Of a stretch of 64,000 nucleotides of DNA, positions 12,736 through 26,400 are shown piece by piece. The notes beneath the pieces were generated by a model. It made no database searches. It was not told the DNA's origin and was given only the letters and a program-made list of their open reading frames with translations. Positions within the stretch are counted from its first letter, which is position 1; the number at the start of each line of letters is the position of its first letter. This DNA comes from Eledone cirrhosa (Eukaryota): assembly GCA_964016885.1 (NCBI GenBank), contig OZ024745.1:46934001-46998000 (forward strand), read 5' to 3'. A program made the translations under genes and the position numbers.

Positions 12736-13960
12736 GGGTCCGTTTTTTATTTGGGTGCCCCGTTTTTTTATGGGGGGGTCCCGTTTTTTATTTGGGTGCC
12801 CCGTTTTTTTATGGGGGGGGTCCGTTTTTTATTTGGGTGCCCCGTTTTTTTATGGGGGGGTCCGTTTTTTATTTGGGTGCCCCGTTTTTTTATGGGGGGG
12901 TCCCGTTTTTTATTTGGGTGCCCCGTTTTTTTATGGGGGGGGTCCGTTTTTTATTTGGGTACCCCGTTTCTTATTTGGGTGCCCCGTTTTTTTATGGGGG
13001 GGTCCGTTTTTTATTTGGGTGCCCCGTTTTTTTATGGGGGGGGTCCGTTTTTTATTTGGGTGCCCCGTTTTTTTTATGGGGGGGTCCGTTTTTTATTTGG
13101 GGACCCCGTTTTTTATTTGGGTGCCCCGTTTTTTTATGGGGGGGTCCGTTTTTTATTTGGGTGCCCCGTTTTTTTATGGGGGGGTCCGTTTTTTATTTGG
13201 GTGCCCCGTTTTTTATTTGGGTACCCCGTTTTTTATTTGGGTGCCCCGTTTTTTTATGGGGGGGTCCGTTTTTTATTTGGGTGCCCCGTTTTTTATTTGG
13301 GTGCCCCGTTTTTTTATGGGGGGGGTCTGTTTTTTATCTGGGTACCCCGTTTTTTATTTGGGTGCCCCGTTATTTATTTGGGTGCCCCGTTTTTTTATGG
13401 GGGGATCCGTTTTTTATTTGGGTGCCCCGTTTTATATTTGGGTGCCCCGTTTTTTATTTGGGTGCCCCGTTTTTTTATGGGGGGGGTCCGTTTTTTATCT
13501 GGGTACCCCGTTTTTTATTTGGGTACCCCGTTTTTTATTTGGGTGCCCCGTTTTTTTATGGGGGGGGGGTCCGTTTTTTATTTGGGTGCCCCGTTTTTTA
13601 TTTGGGTGTCCCGTTTTTTTATGGGGGGGTCCCGTTTTTTATTTGGGTGCCCCGTTTTTTTTATGGGGGGGGGGTCCGATTTTTATTTCGGTGCCCCGTT
13701 TTTTTATGGGGGGGGTTCGTTTTTTATTTGGGTGCCCCGTTTTTTATTTGGGTGCCCCGTTTTTGTATGGGGGGGATCCGTTTTTTATTTGGGTGCCCCG
13801 TTTTTTTATGGGGGGGTCCGTTTTTTATTTGGGTGCCCCGTTTTTTTATGGGGGGGGTCCGTTTTTTATTTGGGTGCCCCGTTTTTTTATGGGGGGGTCC
13901 CGTTTTTTATTTGGGTGCCCCGTTTTTTTATGGGGGAGTCCGTTTTTTATTTGGGTACCC
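12630..13960 (+). repeat. Copy of ~9760-11090 (offset ~2872 bp)
   Basis: ATGTGGGGG at 9759/12631, TCCGATTTTTATTTCGG at 10801/13675 and GGGGGAGTCC at 11061/13932. Confidence 0.85.
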
Positions 13961-16900
13961 CGTTTTTTATTTGGGTGCCCCGTTTTTTATGGGGGGGGGG
14001 TCGTTTTTTATTTGGGTGCCCCGTTTTTTTATGGGGGGGTCCGTTTTTTATTTGGGTGCCCCGTTTTTTTATGGGGGGGTCCCGTTTTTTATTTGGGTGC
14101 CCCGTTTTTTTATGGGGGGGGGTCCGTTTTTTATTTGGGTGCCCCGTTTTTTTATGGGGGGGTCCCGTTTTTTATTTCGGTGCCCCGTTTTTTTATGGGG
14201 GGGTCCGTTTTTTATTTGGGTACCCCGTTTTTTATTTGGGTGCCCCGTTTTTTTATGGGGGGGTCCGTTTTTTATTTGGGTGCCCCGTTTTTTTATGGGG
14301 GGGGTCCGTTTTTTATTTGGGTGCCCCGTTTTTTATTTGGGTGCCCCGTTTTTTTATGGGGGGATCCGTTTTTTATTTAGGTGCCCCGTTTTATATTTGG
14401 GTGCCCCGTTTTTTATTTGGGTGCCCCGGTTTTTTTATGGGGCGGGTCCGTTTTTTATCTGGGTACCCCGTTTTTTATTTGGGTACCCCGTTTTTTATTT
14501 GGGTGCCCCGTTTTTTTATGGGGGGGGGTCCGTTTTTTATTTGGGTGCCCCGTTTTTTTTATGGGGGGGGTCCGTTTTTTATTTGGGTGCCCCGTTTTTT
14601 ATTTGGGTACCCCGTTTTTTATTTGGGTGCCCCGTTTTTTATTTGGGTGCCCCGTTTTTTTATGGGGGGTCCGTTTTTTATTTGGGTGCCCCGTTTTTTA
14701 TTTGGGTACCCCGTTTTTTATTTGGGTGCCCCGTTTTTTATTTGGGTGCCCCGTTTTTTTATGGGGGGGTCCGTTTTTTATTTGGGTGCCCCGTTTTTTA
14801 TTTGGATGCCCCGTTTTTTCATGGGGGGGGTCCGTTTTTTATCTGGGTACCCCGTTTTTTATTTGGGTGCCCCGTTTTTTATTTGGGTGCCCCGTTTTTT
14901 TATGGGGGGGTCCGTTTTTTATCTGGGTGCCCCGTTTTTTATTTGGGTTTCCCGTTTTTTTATGGGGGGGTCCGTTTTTTATTTGGGTGCCCCGTTTTTT
15001 TATGGGGGGGGTCCGTTTTTTATTTGGGTGCCCCGTTTTTTATTTGGGTACCCCGTTTTTTATTTGGGTGCCCCGTTTTTTATTTGGGTGCCCCGTTTTT
15101 TTATGGGGGGTCCGTTTTTTATTTGGGTGCCCCGTTTTTTATTTGGGTACCCCGTTTTTTATTTGGGTGCCCCGTTTTTTTATGGGGGGGGTCCGTTTTT
15201 TATTTGGGTGCCCCGTTTTTTTATGGGGGGGTCCCTTTTTTTATTTGGGTGCCCCGTTTTTTTATGGGGGGGGGGTCCGTTTTTTATTTGGGTACCCCGT
15301 TTTTTATTTGGGTGCCCCGTTTTTTTATGGGGGGGTCCCGTTTTTTATTTGGGTGCCCCGTTTTTTTATGGGGGGGGTCCGTTTTTTATTTGGGTACCCC
15401 GTTTTTTATTTGGGTGCCCCGTTTTTTTATGCGGGGGTCCGTTTTTTATTTGGGTGCCCCGTTTTTTTATGGGGGGGTCCGTTTTTTATCTGGGTGCCCC
15501 GTTTTTTATTTGGGTGTCCCGTTTTTTTATGGGGGGGGTCCGTTTTTTATTTGGGTGCCCCGTTTTTTTATGGGGGGGGGTCCGTTTTTTATTTGGGTAC
15601 CCCGTTCTTTATTTGGGTGCCCCGTTTTTTTATGGGGGGGGTCCGTTTTTTATTTGGGTGCCCCGTTTTTTTATGGGGGGGTACGTTTTTTATCTGGGTA
15701 CCCCGTTTTTTATTTGGGTGCCCCGTTTTATATTTGGGTGCCCCGTTTTTTATTTGGGTACCCCGTTTTTTTATGGGGGGGGTACGTTTTTTATCTGGGT
15801 ACCCCGTTTTTTATTTGGGTACCCCGTTTTTTATTTGGGTGCCCCGTTTTTTTATGGGGGGGGGGGTCCGTTTTTTATTTGGGTGCCCCGTTTTTTATTT
15901 GGGTGTCCCGTTTTTTTATGGGGGGGTCCCGTTTTTTATTTGGGTGCCCCGTTTTTTTATGGGGGGGGGGGTCCGTTTTTTATTTCGGTGCCCCGTTTTT
16001 TTATGGGGGGGTCCGTTTTTTATTTGGGTGCCCCGTTTTTTATTTGGGTGCCCCGTTTTTTTATGGGGGGGATCCGTTTTCTATTTGGGTGCCCCGTTTT
16101 TTTATGGGGGGGTCCGTTTTTTATTTGGGTGCCCCGTTTTTTTATGGGGGGGTCCGTTTTTTATTTGGGTGCCCCGTTTTTTTATGGGGGGGTCCCGTTT
16201 TTTATTTGGGTGCCCCGTTTTTTTATGGGGGGGTCCGTTTTTTATTTGGGTACCCCGTTTTTTATTTGTTTGTCCCGTTTTTTTATGGGGGGGGGTCCGT
16301 TTTTTATTTGGGTGCCCCGTTTTTTTATGGGGGGTCCGTTTTTTATTTGGGTGCCCCGTTTTTTTATGGGGGGGTCCCGTTTTTTATTTGGGTGCCCCGT
16401 TTTTTTATGGGGGGGTGCCGTTTTTTATTTGGGTGCCCCGTTCTTTTATGGGGGGGTCCGTTTTTTATTTGGGTACCCCGTTTGTTATTTGGGTGCCCCG
16501 TTTTTTTATGGGGGGGTCCGTTTTTTATTTGGGTGCCCCGTTTTTTTATGGGGGGGGTCCGTTTTTTATTTGGGTGCCCCGTTTTTTTATGGGGGGGTCC
16601 CGTTTTTTATTTGGGTGCCCCGTTTTTTTATGGGGGGGGTCCGTTTTTTATTTGGGTACCCCGTTTTTTATTTGGGTGCCCCGTTTTTTTATGGGGGGGT
16701 CCGTTTTTTATTTGGGTGTCCCGTTTTTTTATGGGGGGGTCCGTTTTTTATCTGGGTGCCCCGTTTTTTATTTGGGTGCCCCGTTTTTTTATGGGGGGGG
16801 GGTCCGTTTTTTATTTGGGTGCCCCGTTTTTTTATGGGGGGGGGGGTCCGTTTTTTATTTGGGTACCCCGTTTTTTATTTGGGTGCCCCGTTTTTTTATG

Positions 16901-19900
16901 GGGGGTCCGTTTTTTGTTTGGGTGCCCCGTTTTTTTATGGGGGGGTCCGTTTTTTATCTGGGTGCCCCGTTTTTTATTTGGGTGCCCCGTTTTTTTATGG
17001 GGGGGGTCCGTTTTTTATTTGGGTGCCCCGTTTTTTATTTGGGTGCCCCGTTTTTTATTTGGGTGCCCCGTTTTTTTATGGAGGGGGCCGTTTTTTATTT
17101 GGGTGCCCCGTTTTTTTATGGGGGGGGGTCCGTTTTTTATTTGGGTACCCCGTTTTTTATTTGGGTGCCCCGTTTTTTTATGGGGGGGTCCGTTTTTTAA
17201 TTGGGTGCCCCGTTTTTTATTTGGGTGCCCCGTTTTTTTATGGGGGGGGCCGTTTTTTATTTGGGTACCCCGTTTTTTATTTGGGTGCCCCGTTTTTTTA
17301 TGGGGGGGGGTCCGTTTTTTATTTGGGTGCCCGGTTTTTTTATGGGGGGGTCCGTTTTTTATCTGGGTACCCCGTTTTTTATTTGGGTACCCCGTTTTTT
17401 ATTTGGGTGCCCCGTTTTTTTATGGGGGGGGTCCGTATTTTATTTGGGTGCCCCGTTTTTTATTTGGGTGCCCCGTGTTTTTATGGGGGGGGCCGTTTTT
17501 TATTTGGGTGCCCCGTTTTTTTATGGGGGGGTCCGTTTTTTATTTGGGTACCCCGTTTTTTATTTGGGTGCCCCGTTTTTTTATGGGGGGGTCCGTTTTT
17601 TATTTGGGTGCCCCGTTTTTTTATGGGGGAATCCGTTTTTTATTTGGGTGCCCCGTTTTATATTTGGGTGCCCCGTTTTTTATTTGGGTGCCCCGTTTTT
17701 TTATGGGGGGGGTCCGTTTTTTATCTGGGTACCCCGTTTTTTATTTGGGTACCCCGTTTTTTATTTGGGTGCCCCGTTTTTTTATGGGGGGGGTCAGTTT
17801 TTTATTTGGGTGCCCCGTTTTTTTATGGGGGGGTCCGTTTTTTATTTGGGGACCCCGTTTTTTATTTGGGTGCCCCGTTTTTTTATGGGGCGGGTCCGTT
17901 TTTTATTTGGGTGCCCAGTTTTTTTATGGGGGGGGTCCGTTTTTTATTTGGGTACCCCGTTTTTTATTTGGGTGCCCCGTTTTTTTATGGGGGGGTCCGT
18001 TTTTTATTTGGGTGCCCCGTTTTTTATTTGGGTGCCCCGTTTTTTTATGGGGGGGTCCGTTTTTCATTTGGGTGCCCCGTTTTTTTATGGGGGGGGGTCC
18101 GTTTTTTATTTGGGTGCCCCGTTTTTTATTTGGGTGCCCCGTTTTTTTATGGGGGGGATCCGTTTTTTATTTGGGTGCCCCGTTTTATATTTGGGTGCCC
18201 CGTTTTTTATTTGGGTGCCCCGTTTTTTTATGGGGGGGGTCCGTTTTTTATCTGGGTACCCCGTTTTTTATTTGGGTACCCCGTTTTTTATTTGGGTGCC
18301 CCGTTTTTTTATGGGGGGGGGTCCGTTTTTTATTTGGGTGCCCCGTTTTTTATTTGGGTGTCCCGTTTTTTTATGGGGGGGTCCCGTTTTTTATTTGGGT
18401 GCCCCGTTTTTTTATGGGGGGGGGTCCGTTTTTTATTTCGGTGCCCCGTTTTTTTATGGGTGGGTCCGTTTTTTATTTGGGTGCCCCGTTTTTTATTTGG
18501 GTGCCCCGTTTTTTATTTGGGTGCCCCGTTTTTTTATGGGGGGGATCCGTTTTTTATTTGGGTGCCCCGTTTTTTATTTGGGTGCCCCGTTTTTTTATGG
18601 GGGGTCCGTTTTTTATTTGGGTGACCCGTTTTTTTATGGGGGGGGGTCAGTTTTTTATTTGGGTGCCCCGTTTTTTTATGGGGGGGTCCCGTTTTTTATT
18701 TGGGTGCCCCGTTTTTTTATGGGGGGGTCCGTTTTTTATTTGGGTACCCCGTTTTTTATTTGGGTGCCCCGTTTTTTTATGGGGGGGGTCCGTTTTTTAT
18801 TTGGGTGCCCCGTTTTTTTTATGGGGGGGGTCCGTTTTTTATTTGGGTGCCCCGTTTTTTTATGGGGGGGTCCCGTTTTTTATTTGGGTGCCCCGTTTTT
18901 TTATGGGGGGGGGGTCCGTTTTTTATTTGGGTGCCCCGTTTTTTTATGGGGGGGTCCCGTTTTTTATTTGGGTGCCCCGTTTTTTTATGGGGGGGTCCGT
19001 TTTTTATTTGGGTACCCCGTTTTTTATTTGGGTGCCCCGTTTTTTTATGGGGGGGATCCGTTTTTTATTTGGGTGCCCCGTTTTTTTATGGGGGGGTCCC
19101 GTTTTTTATTTGGGTGCCCCGTTTTTTTATGGGGGGGGGTCCGTTTTTTATTTGGGTACCCCGTTTTTTATTTGGGTGCCCCGTTTTTTTATGGGGGGGT
19201 CCGTTTTTTATTTGGGTGCCCCGTTTTTTTATGGGGGGGTCCGTTTTTTATCTGGGTGCCCCGTTTTTTATTTGGGTGCCCCGTTTTTTTTATGGGGGGG
19301 TCCGTTTTTTATTTGGGTGCCCCGTTTTTTTATGGGGGGGGGTCCGTTTTTTATTTGGGTGCCCCGTTTTTTATTTGGGTGCCCCGTGTTTTTATGGGTG
19401 GGGCCGTTTTTTATTTAGGTGCCCCGTTTTTTTATGGGGGGGTCCGTTTTTTATTTGGGTACCCCGTTTTTTATTTGGGTGCCCCGTTTTTTTATGGGGG
19501 GGTCCGTTTTTTATTTGGGTGCCCCGTTTTTTTATGGGGGGGGTCCGTTTTTTATTTGGGTGCCCCGTTTTTTTATGGGGGGGGTCCGTTTTTTATTTGG
19601 GTGCCCCGTTTTTTATTTGGGTGCCCCGTTTTTTTATGGGGGGGATCCGTTTTTTATTTGGGTGCCCCGTTTTATATTTGGGTGCCCCGTTTTTTATTTG
19701 GGTGCCCCGTTTTTTTATGGGGGGGTCCGTTTTTTATCTGGGTACCCCGTTTTTTATTTGGGTACCCCGTTTTTTATTTGGGTGCCCCGTTTTTTTATGG
19801 GGGGGTACGTTTTTTATTTGGGTGCCCCGTTTTTTTATGGGGGGGTCCGTTTTTTATTTGGGGACCCCGTCTTTTATTTGGGTGCCCCGTTTTTTTATGG

Positions 19901-22900
19901 GGGGGGTCCGTTTTGTATTTGGGTGCCCCGTTTTTTTATGGGGGGGGTCCGTTTTTTATTTGGGTGCCCCGTTTTTTATTTGGGTACCCCGTTTTTTATT
20001 TGGGTGCACCGTTTTTTATTTGGGTGCCCCGTTTTTTTATGGGGGGTCCGTTTTTTATTTGGGTGCCCCGTTTTTTATTTGGGTACCCCGTTTTTTATTT
20101 GGGTGCCCCGTTTTTTTATGGGGGGGGGGTCCGTTTTTTATTTGGGTGCCCCGTTTTTTTATGGGGGGGTCCCTTTTTTTATTTGGGTGCCCCGTTTTTT
20201 TATGGGGGGGGTCCGTTTTTTATTTGGGTAAACCGTTTTTTATTTGGGTGCCCCGTTTTTTTATGGGGGGGTCCCGTTTTTTATTTGGGTGCCCCGTTTT
20301 TTTATGGGGGGGGGTCCGTTTTTTATTTGGGTACCCCGTTTTTTATTTGGGTGCCCCGTTTTTTTATGGGGGGGTCCGTTTTTTATTTGGGTGCCCCGTT
20401 TTTTTATGGGGGGGGTCCGTTTTTTATTTGGGTGCCCCGTTTTTTATTTGGGTGCCCCGTTTTTTTATGGGGGGGGGGTCCGTTTTTTATTTGGGTGCCC
20501 CGTTTTTTTATGGGGGGGGTCCGTTTTTTATCTGGGTACCCCGTTTTTTATTTGGGTACCCCGTTTTTTATTTGGGTGCCCCGTTTTTTTATGGGGGGGG
20601 GTCCGTTTTTTATTTCGGTGCCCCGTTTTTTTATGGGGGGGTCCGTTTTTTATTTGGGTGCCCCGTTTTTTATTTGGGTGCCCCGTTTTTTTATGGGGGG
20701 GATCCGTTTTTTATTTGGGTGCCCCGTTTTTTATTTGGGTGCCCCGTTTTTTTATGGGGGGGTCCGTTTTTTATTTGGGTGACCCGTTTTTTTATGGGGG
20801 GGGGTCTGTTTTTTATTTGGGTGCCCCGTTTTTTATTTGGGTACCCCGTTTTTTATTTGGGTGCCCCGTTTTTTTATGGGGGGTCCGTTTTTTATTTGGG
20901 TGCCCCGTTTTTTATTTGGGTACCCCGTTTTTTATTTGGGTGCCCCGTTTTTTTATGGGGGGGTCCGTTTTTTATTTGGGTGCCCCGTTTTTTTATGGGG
21001 GGGTCCCGTTTTTTATTTGGGTGCCCGGTTTTTTTATGGGGGGGGTCCGTTTTTTATTTGGGTACCCCGTTTTTTATTTGGGTGCCCCGTTTTTTTATGG
21101 GGGGGGGTCCGTTTTTTATTTGGGTACCCCGTTTTTTATTTGGGTGCCCCGTTTTTTTATGGGGGGGGTCCGTTTTTTATTTGGGTGCCCCGTTTTTTTT
21201 ATGGGGGGGTCCGTTTTTTATTTGGGGACCCCGTTTTTTATTTGGGTGCCCCGTTTTTTTATGGGGGGGGTTCGTTTTTTATTTGGGTGCCCCGTTTTTT
21301 TATGGGGGGGGTCCGTTTTTTATTTGGGTGCCCCGTTTTTTATTTGGGTACCCCGTTTTTTATTTGGGTGCCCCGTTTTTTTATGGGGGGGTCCGTTTTT
21401 TATCTGGGTACCCCGTTTTTTATTTGGGTACCCCGTTTTTTATTTGGGTGCCCCGTTTTTTTATGGGGGGGGTCCGTTTTTTATCTGGGTACCCCGTTTT
21501 TTATTTGGGTACCGCGTTTTTTATTTGGGTGCCCCGTTTTTTTATGGGGGGGGTCCGTTTTTTATTTGGGTGCCCCGTTTTTTTATGGGGGGGGTCCGTT
21601 TTTTATTTGGGTGCCCCGTTTTTTATTTGGGTACCCCGTTTTTTATTTGGGTGCCCCGTTTTTTTTATGGGGGGGTCCGTTTTTTATCTGGGTACCCCGT
21701 TTTTTATTTGGGTACCCCGTTTTTTATTTGGGTGCCCCGTTTTTTTATGGGGGGGTCCGTTTTTTATTTGGGTGCCCCGTTTTTTTATGGGGGTGCCCCG
21801 TTTTTTTAATGGGGGGTCCGTTTTTTATTTGGGGACCCTGTTTTTTAATTGGGTGCCCCGTTTTTTTATGGGGGGGGTCCGTTTTTTATTTGGGTGCCCC
21901 GTTTTTTTATGGGGGGGTCCGTTTTTTATTTGGGTGCCCCGTTTTTTATTTGGGTACCCCGTTTTTTATTTGGGTGCCCCGTTTTTTTATGGGGGGGTCC
22001 GTTTTTTATTTGGGTGCCCCGTTTTTTATTTGGTTCCCCCGTTTTTTTATGGGGGGGGCGTTTTTTATTTGGGTGCCCCGTTTTTTTATGGGGGGGTCCG
22101 TTTTTTATTTGGGTACCCCGTTTTTTATTTGGGTGCCCCGTTTTTTTTATGGGGGGGGGTCCGTTTTTTATTTGGGTGCCCCGTTTTTTATTTGGGTACC
22201 CCGTTTTTTATTTGGGTGCCCCGTTTTTTATTTGGGTGTCCCGTTTTTTTATGGGGGGGGTCCGTTTTTTATTTGGGTGCCCCGTTTTTTTATGGGGGGG
22301 GTCCGTTTTTTATTTGGGTACCCCGTTTTTTATTTGGGTGCCCCGTTTTTTTATGGGGGGGGGTCCGTTTTTTATTTGGGTGCCCCGTTTTTTTTATGGG
22401 GGGGGTCCGTTTTTTATTTGGGTGCCCCGTTTTTTTATGGGGGGGATCCGTTTTTTATTTGGGTGCCCCGTTTTATATTTGGGTGCCCCGTTTTTTATTT
22501 GGGTGCCCCGTTTTTTTATGGGGGGGTCCGTTTTTTATCTGGGTACCCCGTTTTTTATTTGGGTACCCCGTTTTTTATTTGGGTGCACCGTTTTTTTATG
22601 GGGGGGGGGGGTCCGTTTTTTATTTGGGTGCCCCGTTTTTTATTTGGGTGTACCGTTTTTTTATGGGGGGGTCCCGTTTTTTATTTGGGTGTCCCGTTTT
22701 TTTTATGGGGGGGGTCCGTTTTTTATTTCGGTGCCCCGTTTTTTTATGGGGGGGTCCGTTTTTTATTTGGGTGCCCCGTTTTTTTATGGGGGGGATCCGT
22801 TTTTTATTTGGGTGCCCCGTTTTTTATTTGGGTGCCCCGTTTTTTTATGGGGGGGGCGTTTTTTATTTGGGTGCCCCGTTTTTTTATGGGGGGGTCCGTT

Positions 22901-24479
22901 TTTTATTTGGGTACCCCGTTTTTTATTTGGGTGCCCCGTTTTTTTTATGGGGGGGGTCCGTTTTTTATTTGGGTGCCCCGTTTTTTATTTGGGTACCCCG
23001 TTTTTTATTTGGGTGCCCCGTTTTTTATTTGGGTGTCCCGTTTTTTTATGGGGGGGGGTCCGTTTTTTATTTGGGTGCCCCGTTTTTTTATGGGGGGGGG
23101 TCCGTTTTTTATTTGGGTACCCCGTTTTTTATTTGGGTGCCCCGTTTTTTTATGGGGGGGTCCGTTTTTTATTTGGGTACCCCGTTTTTTATTTGGGTGC
23201 CCCGTTTTTTTATGGGGGGGATCCGTTTTTTATTTGGGTGCCCCGTTTTTTATTTGGGTGCCCCGTTTTTTTATGGGGGGGGTCCGTTTTTTATTTGGGT
23301 GCCCCGTTTTTTTATGGGGGGGGTCCGTTTTTTATTTGGGTGCCCCGTTTTTTATTTGGGTGCCCCGTTTTTTTATGGGGGGGATCCGTTTTTTATTTGG
23401 GTGCCCCGTTTTATATTTGGGTGCCCCGTTTTTTATTTGGGTGCCCCGTTTTTTTATTGGGGGGGTCCGTTTTTTATCTGGGTACCCCGTTTTTTATTTG
23501 GGTACCGCGTTTTTTATTTGGGTGCCCCGTTTTTTTATGGGGGGGGTCCGTTTTTTATTTGGGTGCCCCGTTTTTTTATGGGGGGGGTCCGTTTTTTATT
23601 TGGGTGCCCCGTTTTTTTTATGGGGGGGATCCGTTTTTTATTTGGGTGCCCCGTTTTTTTATGGGGGGGGTCCGTTTTTTATTTGGGTGCCCCGTTTTTT
23701 TTATGGGGGGTCCGTTTTTTATTTGGGGACCCCGTTTTTTATTTGGGTGCCCCGTTTTTTTATGGGGGGGTCCGTTTTTTATTTGGGTGCCCCGTTTTTT
23801 TATGGGGGGGGGTCCGTTTTTTATTTGGGTGCCCCGTTTTTTATTTGGGTACCCCGTTTTTTATTTGGGTACCGCGTTTTTTATTTGGGTGCCCCGTTTT
23901 TTTTATGGGGGGGGTCCGTTTTTTATCTGGGTACCCCGTTTTTTATTTGGGTACCCCGTTTTTTATTGGGTGCCCCGTTTTTTTATGGGGGGGGGTCCGT
24001 TTTTTATTTGGGTGCCCCGTTTTTTATTTGGGTGTCCCGTTTTTTTATGGGGGGGTCCCGTTTTTTATTTGGGTGCCCCGTTTTTTTATGGGGGGGTCCC
24101 GTTTTTTATTTGGGTGCCCCGTTTTTTTTATGGGGGGGGGGTCCGTTTTTTATTTGGGTACCCCGTTTTTTATTTGGGTGCCCCGTTTTTTTATGGGGGG
24201 GTCCGTTTTTTATTTGGGTGTCCCGTTTTTTTATGGGGGGGTCCGTTTTTTATCTGGGTGCCCCGTTTTTTATTTGGGTGCCCCGTTTTTTTATGGGGGG
24301 GGGGGTCCGTTTTTTATTTGGGTGCCCCGTTTTTTATGGGGGGGGTCCGTTTTTTATTTGGGTGCCCCGTTTTTTATTTGGGTACCCCGTTTTTTATTTG
24401 GGTGCCCCGTTTTTTTATGGGGGGGGGTCCGTTTTTTATTTGGGTGCCCCGTTTTTTTTATGGGGAGGTCCGTTTTTTA

Positions 24480-26400
24480 TTTGGGGACCCCGTTTTTTAT
24501 TTGGGTGCCCCGTTTTTTTATGGGGGGGTCCGTTTTTTATTTGGGTGCCCCGTTTTTTTATGGGGGGGGTCCGTTTTTTATTTGGGTGCCCCGTTTTTTA
24601 TTTGGGTACCCCGTTTTTTATTTGGGTGCCCCGTTTTTTTATGGGGGGGTCCGTTTTTTATCTGGGTACCCCGTTTTTTATTTGGGTGCCCCGTTTTTTT
24701 TATGGGGGGGTCCGTTTTTTATTTGGGGACCCCGTTTTTTATTTGGGTGCCCCGTTTTTTTATGGGGGGGGTCCGTTTTTTATTTGGGTGCCCCGTTTTT
24801 TATTTGGGTGCCCCGTTTTTTTATGGGGGGGTCCCGTTTTTTATTTGGGTGCCCCGTTTTTTTATGGGGGGGTCCCGTTTTTTATTTGGGTGCCCCGTTT
24901 TTTTATGGGGGGGTCCGTTTTTTATTTGGGTACCCCGTTTTTTTATGGGGGGGGGGGTCCGTTTTTTATTTGGGTGCCCCGTTTTTTATTTGGGTACCCC
25001 GTTTTTTATTTGGGTGCCCCGTTTTTTTATGGGGGGGGTCCGTTTTTTATTTGGGTGCCCCGTTTTTTTTATGGGGGGGTCCGTTTTTTATTTGGGGACC
25101 CCGTTTTTTATTTGGGTGCCCCGTTTTTTTATGGGGGGGGGTCCGTTTTTTATTTGGGTGCCCCGTTTTTTTATGGGGGGGTCCGTTTTTTATTTGGGTG
25201 CCCCGTTTTTTATTTGGGTACCCCGTTTTTTATTTGGGTGCCCCGTTTTTTTATGGGGGGGTCCGTTTTTTATCTGGGTACCCCGTTTTTTATTTGGGTA
25301 CCCCGTTTTTTATTTGGGTGCCCCGTTTTTTTATGGGGGGGTCCGTTTTTTATCTGGGTACCCCGTTTTTTATTTGGGTACCGCGTTTTTTATTTGGGTG
25401 CCCCGTTTTTTTATGGGGGGGGTCCGTTTTTTATTTGGGTGCCCCGTTTTTTTTATGGGGGGGTCCGTTTTTTATTTGGGGACCCCGTTTTTTTATTTGG
25501 GTGCCCCGTTTTTTTATGGGGGGGGTCCGTTTTTTATTTGGGTGCCCCGTTTTTTATTTGGGTACCCCGTTTTTTATTTGGGTGCCCCGTTTTTTTATGG
25601 GGGGGTCCGTTTTTTATCTGGGTACCCCGTTTTTTATTTGGGTGCCCCGTTTTTTTTATGGGGGGGGTCCGTTTTTTATTTGGGGACCCCGTTTTTTATT
25701 TGGGTGCCCCGTTTTTTTATGGGGGGGGTCCGTTTTTTATTTGGGTGCCCCGTTTTTTATTTGGGTGCCCCGTTTTTTTATGGGGGGGTCCCGTTTTTTA
25801 TTTGGGTGCCCCGTTTTTTTATGGGGGGGTCCCGTTTTTTATTTGGGTGCCCCGTTTTTTTATGGGGGGGTCCGTTTTTTATTTGGGTACCCCGTTTTTT
25901 TATGGGGGGGGGTCCGTTTTTTATTTGGGTGCCCCGTTTTTTATTTGGGTACCCCGTTTTTTATTTGGGTGCCCCGTTTTTTTATGGGGGGGGTCCGTTT
26001 TTTATTTGGGTGCCCCGTTTTTTTTATGGGGGGGTCCGTTTTTTATTTGGGGACCCCGTTTTTTATTTGGGTGCCCCGTTTTTTTTATGGGGGGGGGTCC
26101 GTTTTTTATTTGGGTGCCCCGTTTTTTTATGGGGGGGTTCGTTTTTTATTTGGGTGCCCCGTTTTTTATTTGGGTACCCCGTTTTTTATTTGGGTGCCCC
26201 GTTTTTTTATGGGGGGGTCCGTTTTTTATCTGGGTACCCCGTTTTTTATTTGGGTACCCCGTTTTTTATTTGGGTGCCCCGTTTTTTTATGGGGGGGTCC
26301 GTTTTTTATCTGGGTACCCCGTTTTTTATTTGGGTACCGCGTTTTTTATTTGGGTGCCCCGTTTTTTTATGGGGGGGTCCGTTTTTTATTTGGGTGCCCC
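24480..26400 (+). repeat. Tandem duplication, period ~957 bp
   Basis: Rare B-to-G junction TACCCCG-T7-ATGG at 24931 and 25888. CCGCG at 25381 and 26337. Paired GTCCCG monomers in both copies. Confidence 0.75.
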
